DNA of 64,000 nt, taken from the NCBI GenBank assembly GCA_964019425.1, contig OZ025780.1, forward strand, positions 744,001-808,000, given 5' to 3'. Of the stretch, positions 54,662 to 64,000 are shown piece after piece (position 1 is the stretch's first letter; each line of letters begins with the position of its first letter). This DNA is from Flectonema sp. DT1601 (Eukaryota). Position numbers and translations under genes: made by a program. Under the pieces are notes generated by a model. It saw nothing but the letters and a program-made list of their open reading frames with translations. It made no database searches and was not told where the DNA came from.

Positions 54662-55191
54662 AATTGTTTCTTTAATTTATTTTTTTTTTATTTGTTATTT
54701 CAAGTGCTCTTGCCTCTTCTTGCTTTCGCAGAGGTATGTGTGAGAAGCAAAACACACCTATAAGTCTATCTTGTGAGGGGTTTTTCCCTTGGCTTATAGC
54801 ATTCTTTGTGCTGCAGCGTCTGGCTGGTTTCACTTAGTTTTTTTTCCCAATTAATTCTTTTGATTAATTTTAATACAACTGCGAGTATTTCTTTTCAAGT
54901 CAAGTACTTGATATTAATTTTTTTTTTTTTTGTGTACCTACCAACCCATTGTTCGGGTAGAAAGAGAATTGTCAGCGTAACTAACCTATTCCTTTATTAG
55001 GATTTTCTACCGGTTTCGCACAAACAAAATAAAAGTGTGAGGTGAGTAAGTAAAAAAAAAAGTGAGAAGTTTTTGCCGATTCTTTTTTAATATCATTATT
55101 TACACGAATATGCTGATTGAATTTTTTTTTCACAATAAAATTATTAACCTTTACCAAAAAAAAAAAAAAAAGCAGGGGGTGTCATACTAAT

Positions 55192-55926
55192 ATGATCCGC
55201 GGTATCTTAAGAAGGACACCGATAGCAAGTCATTTCTCCAACGATATGTTTGACAGACTTCAGTCAAATCCTAATCGTGGCAATCCTCCTTTCATATCTA
55301 GTGGTAAGATATTGGATCAGAAGCTATCTGGAGATAAGTTTCAACCATTTAATAATAGATGGGGTCACAAGTTTATGTTTCGTGGAGGTGAAATGTGGCG
55401 CATAATCGACGCCAGAGGAATGGAAGTAGAAGCGTTAGCTGAATGCATCGTCCCATATCTAATGGGTAGACACCGTCATGATTGGAGGAGAGAACAGAGT
55501 ATGGGTGATCAAATAATAGTCATTAACAGTAGGCATGTCGCAATGGATGACAATGATGGTACACCTTTACCTTGGAGAATGAAGCCTTACACATATCACA
55601 CTGGTTACCCTAAATCATGGGGTATACAACTCAGACGTGCTGACGAAGAATATCTCATAGATCCGTGTCGTCCTCTGTGGTTGGCAGTAAATGAAAGACT
55701 TCCAGCAACTATGCCTGTAAACAGAGCGGTTAAACGTCAATATTTTTGGAAACGTAGTTGGTTAGAAAGACTTCATTGTTTTCCTGATGAGGAACACCCT
55801 TTTAAAGCAAAGCGTCCGCTTCCTCTTCGATTCCCAATTGAGACTACCGGTGTAGAACAATACCAAGGATACCAAAATAATAATGATATCCCTAATAGAA
55901 TGAAGGGTCAAGGTTCTGGATATTAA
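55192..55926 (+). CDS. Mitochondrial ribosomal protein uL13-like
   Basis: WRIIDARG...YLMGRHR...GDQIIVIN...YTYHTGYP is the uL13 signature; basic presequence-like MIRGILRR; ATG at 55192. Confidence 0.85.
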   Translation: MIRGILRRTPIASHFSNDMFDRLQSNPNRGNPPFISSGKILDQKLSGDKFQPFNNRWGHKFMFRGGEMWRIIDARGMEVEALAECIVPYLMGRHRHDWRREQSMGDQIIVINSRHVAMDDNDGTPLPWRMKPYTYHTGYPKSWGIQLRRADEEYLIDPCRPLWLAVNERLPATMPVNRAVKRQYFWKRSWLERLHCFPDEEHPFKAKRPLPLRFPIETTGVEQYQGYQNNNDIPNRMKGQGSGY

Positions 55927-56246
55927 ATTTTGATTTATTTTTATAGTACTTCGTCAACTTATCGACTGACTACTATCAGACTATTGAGTTGCACATGTGC
56001 AGTCTAATCAAAGCACCCATCACCTAGTACCGATTTCAGATAAGTAAAAAAGAAAGAATGGAAAAAAAAAAAGAACGAAATTAAAAGTGTTACCCTCTGG
56101 TAGGTATCTTACGGTTCAATTCATTGTTGTGTTTACTAGTTAGATGAGATAATACCGCAAGTCATTCATTAACAGGAGGAAGGTTATGTGAGAATGATTG
56201 TTGTTGTCGTTGTTAATTTGGTATTATTTTTACAGGACACCACTAA

Positions 56247-57323
56247 ATGACTAGTAAACACAGAGCAAGTCCTTGTGTTGAGTGGTGTAAAAGCACATCA
56301 AGAGACACAGCGATCATTGGAGTTGGAGGAAACTCTGACAACACAGCCGAAGCATTAAATTCAATGCCTATTGCGAGACATATTCCAGCTATTCGTTTTC
56401 AGTTACAAGTTCCGAGGGAATCAAAATCAACTGCGAGTACTGAAATGGCTTCCAACAAACCAGTCGGAGTCCTATCCACGCACCCCCGCAATACAAAATG
56501 TTCACTTGATATGCAACGATCTAGCGGAAGAAGTCCCAACATAAGTAAACAAATTCAAAACAATCACATCTCTCCTACTAGTCAAAGTGATAAATACCCA
56601 GACTCTAAAACTTCATCTCCAATTAAGAAAAGGGATCGAAATCACCTTCGATACGCATATGATGAGGTATTCTCTAATATAGAACCTCATAAGAAAAGTG
56701 TCAACATGACAGCGATGACTGGAAGAGGGATCACAGTTACATCCAACGTAAACTTAGGATTGAATAAAAGAAACTTATCATCAGAGATGGGGATCACTTA
56801 TAAATCATCGAAATACAGAAGTATTTTAGGAGGTGATTTTGGTAAGTCTTCAGGAAGGATTTCAAAACCAGTTATGATGACTGAATCACATCCGGTAAAG
56901 TGGACTGGTGTTGATTGTCTTCTCAAGGGAGGATCGTTTTCTCATAGTTCAGGTAATCGGTTACAAACCCCAGATAGTTACTGTTTACATCACGATCCAG
57001 TAGCTACTCTCAAAACAAGGTGGAACGGTATAAATACCATTTGGAATGAATCAGCGCACAACATCACCAGAGCCAGCAGTCCAAGCGTAGCAGCACCACG
57101 ATCAATGTCACACTCCGCCCCTGCTGTTATCAAAGCAGCAACTAGCCGTCTTAACACAATAAGAAGTACTCTTCTACGTCACACCAGGGAAGGTGAACGG
57201 AAGAGAAAAGAACGTCTTGCAATTTACCAATCAGATCCTCGAGTCGCTGATAAAGAAATGTCACCGTTATTTAACTATTCTTATTCTGTTACTCCACCAC
57301 AGCAGTCGATTGATTATTATTAA
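56247..57323 (+). CDS. Hypothetical Ser-rich basic protein
   Basis: 358 aa ORF just after a TTTTTACAG acceptor-like site; no family recognised. Confidence 0.65.
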   Translation: MTSKHRASPCVEWCKSTSRDTAIIGVGGNSDNTAEALNSMPIARHIPAIRFQLQVPRESKSTASTEMASNKPVGVLSTHPRNTKCSLDMQRSSGRSPNISKQIQNNHISPTSQSDKYPDSKTSSPIKKRDRNHLRYAYDEVFSNIEPHKKSVNMTAMTGRGITVTSNVNLGLNKRNLSSEMGITYKSSKYRSILGGDFGKSSGRISKPVMMTESHPVKWTGVDCLLKGGSFSHSSGNRLQTPDSYCLHHDPVATLKTRWNGINTIWNESAHNITRASSPSVAAPRSMSHSAPAVIKAATSRLNTIRSTLLRHTREGERKRKERLAIYQSDPRVADKEMSPLFNYSYSVTPPQQSIDYY

Positions 57324-57549
57324 AAAATAATTCAAAAAAAAAAAAAAAAAAAAAAAACTGTTCTCTTGTCACTTCTGTGAAAAAGATAATTAAAGAACAA
57401 AAAACTTATTATTTTTGTATTTTACACTTCTTTTTTTTGTACTGTTTTTTGAATTTTATTCTATTGTGATTTTGGTAAGTAATAATATTTTTTTTTTGTA
57501 AAGAGAATAAAGAACAAAAACAAAGAAAAACAAAAAAAAAAAAAACTAT

Positions 57550-60500
57550 ATGGGTATCAAAAAGATAAGCATTCTCGGTAAGGAGAGTATTTTCATCGGA
57601 TGTGGATTACTCAAAGAGAGTGGAAGTATTGCTCATGAAGCATGCAAGTCCGCGAAGTACGCAGTCATTACTGATGAGAATGTAGCACCACTTTATCTTG
57701 AAAAGGTACTTGAGTCATTTACAGCAGCTACTGGTCAAAAACCAATTTCAAAAATCTTATCACCCGGAGAACAGATGAAGTGCAGAATAGTAAAAGCAGA
57801 AGTTGAAGACTGGTTAATAAAAAACCGTTGTGGAAGAGATGCAACTCTTGTTGCTCTTGGTGGAGGTGTTATTGGTGATCTCACTGGATACATCGCAGCT
57901 ACCTTCATGAGAGGGATCAAAGTAATTCAAATACCAACAACTCTACTCGCCATGGTTGACAGCAGCGTAGGTGGAAAGACTGGAATTGATGTCCCGTCAG
58001 GTAAGAATCTGATTGGTGCATTTCATCATCCAACAAAGATTATTATGGATTTAGAAACACTTCTTTCATTACCACAACGTCAGCTAAGTAACGGAATGGC
58101 TGAAGTTATCAAGACTGCTTTACTTTGGGACTATAATCGTTTTAGTGAACTTGAGGACAGAGTTGATGAAGTTCTCGGAAAAGATCCAAAATGGCTTCAG
58201 TCAATTGTTGAGGGATCAGCCGGTATCAAAGCAGAAGTCGTAACTAAAGATGAAAAAGAAGGCGGCCTTCGCACTCTTCTAAACGTCGGCCACAGCGTCG
58301 GCCATGCTGTTGAAGCTTTCTTACAACCAGAAATGCTTCACGGAGAAGCTGTTTCTATTGGAATCGTAAAAGAAGCCCAGATAAGCCGTCGTCTTGGATA
58401 CATCTCTGAAGCTGAAGTAGGTAGAATTGTAAGATGTCTTCAGGCATACAAACTACCTGTTGCTGTTCCTCCACAGCTGTCGCTCGATGGTCTCATGCAG
58501 AAGATGGCAGTTGACAAGAAGAACAAAGGAGGAGATAAATACATCTCCTTATTAGAGAGGATTGGAAAATGTGTTCAAAACGTTGCTATTAAAGTTGGTG
58601 ATGACGTTATTAGATCGGTGCTGGCATCAGCCGTACAAATACTTCCATTGGAAAATTGCAAGAAATCAATTGAACTCAGCGTACCTGGATCAAAGTCACT
58701 CTCAAACAGAGCACTTCTAATAGCAGCATTAGGTAAAGGAAAGTGTGAAGTTAAAGGATTACTTCACAGTGATGACACACAGGTAATGCTTGACGCTCTT
58801 CAATCATTAAAGTCTTGTTCCGTTGAATGGACTGATAATGGCGACACTCTTTTAATTACTGGTAATGGAGGAACTCTATCAGCATCAGGTGACTCAGAGA
58901 TCTATTTAGGTAATGCAGGAACAGCAAGTAGATTCTTAACAACAGCTGTATCTTTATCAAAGGGAAACTATTCAATCCTTACTGGAAACAGAAGAATGAA
59001 ACAACGACCAATTGCTCCATTAGTCGACGCATTAGTCGCTAATGGAGTCTCAATTGAATACCTAAAAGATAAGGATTGCCTTCCTCTCAGAATTCACTCA
59101 TCTGAAAATGGATTTCCAGGAGGAGAAATAAGTTTATCGGCTAACATCTCTTCACAGTATGTTTCAAGTGTTTTGATATCCTCTCCATACGCACATAATG
59201 AGATGGTGTTGACTTTGACTGGAGATTCAATTGTATCTCAACCATACATTGATATGACTATCAGTATCATGAAAGACTTTGGTGTTTCTGTAAGAAGAGA
59301 ACCAAACACTGATATCTACCATGTTCCAAAAGGTGGTTATCAAAACCCTCCTCAATATCACGTTGAAGCAGATGCTTCATCTGCGACATACCCTTTGGCC
59401 ATTCCAGCTATTGTTTCAGCGTTTAGCAGCGACGTGAATGAATACAGTCTTACGGTTAATGGAATTGGTACTTCAAGTGTACAGGGTGATGCTCACTTCG
59501 CAGAACTACTCGAAAAGATGGGATGTGAAATTATTCAAACAGAAAATGCGACTACCGTCAGAGGACCTCCTTCAGGAACTCGTCTGAAGGCGATCGACGT
59601 CAACATGAACGACATGACTGATGCATTCATGACAGCTGCTGTTGTTATGGCTCTCGCTGATGGAACAAGCAGAATAACAGGAATAGCAAACCAACGAGTC
59701 AAGGAATGCAATAGAATCTTAGCAATGGTTACTGAGTTTAAAAAGATTGGAATAGTATGCAGAGAGCTACCTGACGGTATTGAAGTTGATGGTACCACAA
59801 TTGATAAGCTCAGACCTGCAAAGATTCACTGCTACAATGACCATCGTATTGCTATGTCGTTCGCTATATTAGGGCTTAAGGTTCCTGATATTATTATTAC
59901 TGATACGGCTTGTGTTGAAAAGACTTATCCAATTTTCTGGGATCATCTCAGTAATGTAATTGGAGCGTCAGTAATCCCTTGTGAACCAGTAACAGATCTT
60001 CAGACAACTGCTGCTGTTGATGAAAGTCTCGTATTAGTTGGTATGAGAGGAGCAGGAAAAACAACTCTCGGAAAAGAAGCATCATCCTTATTAGGATGGA
60101 ACTTTATCGACATGGATTCCTACTACGAATCCAATCACACTAAAACCATTGCTGACACTATCGAACAAGACGGATGGGAGTCATTCCGTAAAATCGAAGC
60201 AGCTTTCTTAACAAAAGTCTTAAAAGACAATCCTGAGAACACAATCATCGCAACTGGAGGTGGAATAGTCGAAACTGAACTAGGCCGCGCTGCCTGTTTG
60301 AAGTCCAAACGTGTTATATTTATAAACAAACCATTCCCTTCTATTGAGAAAGCTCTAGAGGCCTGTAGTAAACCAGGTTATGGAGAAGAGCTGAAGGGTG
60401 TTTTTAATAGAAGACATCCTCTCTACAGAGACATTAGCAACTACGAGCTATGGGCAGATGGTGACTTTGACACCATCAGTAACGATATGACTCGTTTAGT

Positions 60501-62109
60501 AGAACATGTGACTGGAAGAAGTCAGATTGTTCCTTCAGAACTAAAGTCGTTCTTGTCACTGACATTTGACGACGTCTCAAAGATACTTCCGTCACTTAAA
60601 GAAGTTGAGGGTGGTGCTGATGCTCTTGAACTTCGCGTTGATCTTTTAAAAAATACCACAATCGACTTTGTAAGTGAACAATTAGTTCTCCTCCGTAGAC
60701 ACAGTACTCTTCCTGTTATATTTACTGTACGAACTGAGTCTCAAGGAGGACGCTTTCCTGACAACAATCAAACAGCTCAGGCAGAGTTAATGAAACAGAG
60801 CATCAGATTAGGATGTGAATTCATTGATGTTGAAATGACTCTAAATTCTGATACTAAAGAAGACATCTTCGAAGTTATAAAACCTTCTTTCTGTGTTATG
60901 TCTCACCACGATCCGAGAAGACTTCTCTCATGGGACGCATTGAAGATGAAAATTGTCGAGGGAGGATCTGTTGGTCACGGAGCAGCAGACATAGTTAAAA
61001 TAGTAACAACTGCCTTAGAAGTTGATGACTGCAGCAGACTACGCGCTGCTGTAAAAGAAGCAGACATATCACAACCCGTCATCGCTCTTGCGATGGGAAG
61101 TCTCGGAAAACTCTCACGAGCACTAAATGAAGTAATGACTCCAATCACACATTCTAAGATGCCTGTCCCTGCGGCACCTGGACAGCTATCCATGGCTTCT
61201 ATTAACAAGCTTAGGATGTTAATTGGATACTTACCAGACAGTCGTTCTTTTCATTTATTTGGAAAACCAGTGTCTCAGTCGAAGTCGCCTCTTATTCACA
61301 ACACTGGTTTTGAGAATCTTGGTCTAGCTCCAGGTTACCACTACTCTAGAGTTGAGACTGATGATGTTGCTGATGTTAAGAAGGCAGTCTCTGCATCAGA
61401 CTTTCACGGAGCGTCAGTAACTATTCCACTTAAAGAAAAGGTTCATGAACTGTGTAGTACTATTACTGATGCTGCAAAACAGATTGGTGCGATTAACACT
61501 CTTACTCGTCTACCATGTGGAGGGTTAGAGGGTGACAACACTGACTGGTTAGCTATGAGAGATTTAACTAAAAAGAGTTTGAATGGAAGGAAAGGAAAGA
61601 TTGGACTCTGTATTGGAGCAGGTGGGTCTGCACGTGCTGCATGCTACACGATGAAGAACTTGGGAGTTGATCAGATTGTGGTCTGGAACAGAACTCATTC
61701 AAAGGCAGTTGAATTAGCAAAAGAATTCTCATGTGAGGCGATCGAAGACATTTCATCCCTTCAACCTGATGTGGTCATCAGTAATATACCAGGGAATACT
61801 CAAAAAGAATCACTTCCTGAATTTTGCATCAAATCCACTAGCGTCATCATCGAAATGGCTTACCTCCCACGTGAGACCCTCCTACTGCAAAAGGGAGCAG
61901 TTGCTAACGCGACACTTGTACAGGGAATTCAGGTTCTTATTGAACAGGCGCTCTACCAATTTAGGAAATGGACTGGTATGTTTCTGTGTATTAAGCATGT
62001 AGTAATAATTTAAAAGAAAAAAAAAAAAAAAAAAATCACAGGACTAAATCCACCCAGAGAAATCATAAGCATGGCAGTGTACAGCGAACTAGCCGCTGAG
62101 GGGAACTAA
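57550..62109 (+). CDS. ARO1: Pentafunctional AROM polypeptide; intron 61976..62041
   Basis: DHQ synthase (GGGVIGD, PTTLLAMVDSSVGGKT), EPSP synthase (PGSKSLSNR, LGNAGTASRF, RVKECNR, DHRIAMSF), shikimate kinase (GMRGAGKTT), type I DHQase (ELRVD, AAPGQ), shikimate dehydrogenase (SKSP, SVTIPLK, NTDW, GAGGSA); spliced end WTGLNPPREII...EGN*. Confidence 0.96.
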
Positions 62110-62475
62110 TCGATGTAACATATTGGTTTCATATTTTCCATAACAAATATTAAAATTTTTAATATTTGTTATGAGAATCATCCATTTCTTATTTATGATA
62201 ACTGATGAGAACAAGGCCAAAAAAAAAAAAAAAAAAAGTTATTTTTTGGTTAGAAATTATATGCACGAGAAACCAATTGTTAATTTCCTTTTTTTTTTTT
62301 TTTTTTTTTTTTTTTTCCCCATCCTTTTGACAAAAAGTTATTGGATACTTAAATTAGAATGGGGAGGAAAAAAAAAAAAAAAACGGGATTTGATAAAAAG
62401 GAATTTCTGTTGATACGTACTCGCTGACGCCTAAACTGCGGCGCGAACACATCCGATTGTAGCGAATTAGTTGTG

Positions 62476-62509
<34 letters not shown>

Positions 62510-63219
62510 CCCTTTCAATCCAATTGAAGAAAAAAGCAACATTAATACCTCGTTGGTAAGGTTCTCTTGTTTTAACTTTAGGCCCCCGTGTCATAAACTG
62601 TGCCAACTACTATTGTTGTTTTGCTTTACGAGTTCAACCAGCGATTGCATATTTTCTTTTTTTCTCTCTCTCTCTAATTCTGTTCCCTGAAGGTTATCGG
62701 AGCTCGATATTTCTCTGAAAGGGGTTTATTTATTACTGTTTTAATGTTGTAGGTGATATTTTTTCGATATTTTGTTTATTTTAATTTTATTTTTTTCCTT
62801 TTTTTTTTTCTCGATACAAATATGTTTGTCTTTGCTTTCCGAAACCGTGTGATGTTTTCGGTAATTTCAATCTCCTAGGTTTACTTTATACTGGTTTTCC
62901 TAAAATGAAAACTTTTTTGTTGTCTTTATTTGCAGGTGGCAAAGTGCGTGTGCCATTTTTTTTTTTTTTTTTGTGTGTTCGTCAAAAGATGAAAAGAATA
63001 TCCACAGCAACACGCGTGGAGTTTTCTATTTTTACCATTAGACTCAAAAAAAATAATTTTTTTTTTTTTTTTTTTTTTGTTTGGTAGGTTTTGCTGTTTG
63101 TTTGAAAAACTCTGTTTGCCATTACAGAAAACGACTAGCATAACTCCTCTGTATGTGATGTTTGGTAACTTTATAAAAAAAAAAGAAAATGATAATCACT
63201 TCCTCTTTTTCACAGAAAA

Positions 63220-64000
63220 ATGAAACTGGTACTCCGCTGTAGGATAATATCGCAGCGGAGATGGTGCGCAACCCCACCTGAACCCCCAAATGAAAGCAAA
63301 AAAACTAATAATGTCTCTGACACAAATGCAATAAAAATAAGAGCTGAGAGGATGAAAGATAGGATTCAAGATATGAGTGAAATGCAAAAGAGGTTCGATC
63401 TCGCTGGACCAACAGAACTACAGATGAGAGATAGCAAAATACAAACGGCTGATGACCTTCCTCCAAGATATCGATTCACTCCTCCAGTTCCAGCAAGGAC
63501 AAAAGTATACAACGAACACATTGCACGTGTTGAAAAGATTCCTGGAGTGAAAATCCTCAGAGGATCAGGTAATCGAATCTTAAAAGTAGACATACCTGGT
63601 GAAGCTATCACTAAGGCAGAACTTGATGACCGACAGAGAAAAATGACCCACCTCGGCTACCTCACCAACAGTATTATGTTGTCAACACTATTCGTATCTC
63701 TTTCATTTCTTTATGTTGTTTGGAATGTCTTATCAAGTGATCCTGGACCTCCTCCTAATGAACCCATGGGAAGTAAAATCTATCTCGACATCTATCAAGA
63801 AGATGAACGTGTTGGAACTGTCGTTCTCGGTCTCTACACTGAAAGATGTCCTTTGACATGTGAGAACTTCCATCGTTTGGCAACTGGAAACACTGTATGT
63901 AGTGTTATTTTATTATTTATAAACAATTCAAAAAAAAGAAAATTTCAACTTCTACACAACAGGGTGACGGAGCTACTTTGAGAGGATCGAACTTTTTTCA
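63220..64000 (+). CDS. Cyclophilin-like protein with N-terminal extension and TM helix (3' partial; intron 63895..63962)
   Basis: KIYLDI...VGTVVLGLYTERCPLTCENFHRLATG is a cyclophilin N-terminus; after splicing it continues GDGATLRGSNFF; Arg-rich presequence-like start. Confidence 0.8.

Overview
AT-rich eukaryotic (protist) nuclear DNA. Every intact host gene is on the + strand, short GT-AG introns are present, and many starts follow pyrimidine-tract/AG acceptor-like sites; a euglenozoan (diplonemid-like) source is my inference, not demonstrated. Host genes: EF-hand proteins, TRM13, a PDI, a kelch protein, a nearly Lys-free Ala-rich helical protein, IPK1, a cyclic-nucleotide-binding K+ channel, GST, mitochondrial uL13, pentafunctional AROM and a partial cyclophilin-like gene. 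The centre (19.4-54.7 kb) is a tandem array of nine ~6-TM class III adenylate cyclase genes, each with one complete and one degenerate cyclase domain. Their catalytic blocks are nearly identical at the nucleotide level, while variation concentrates in the predicted extracellular loops, suggesting a diversifying receptor-cyclase family. The array is interrupted by a decayed 6.1 kb LINE (ORF1 + APE-RT-RNase H-CCHC), a short copy of that LINE's 3' end and a pogo-like DNA transposon. Intergenic DNA also holds a structured ~120 bp dispersed element, a repeat with a hammerhead-like core, a degenerate 28S rRNA fragment and a hAT remnant. All four inferred cis-introns have A-rich rather than pyrimidine-rich 3' ends.
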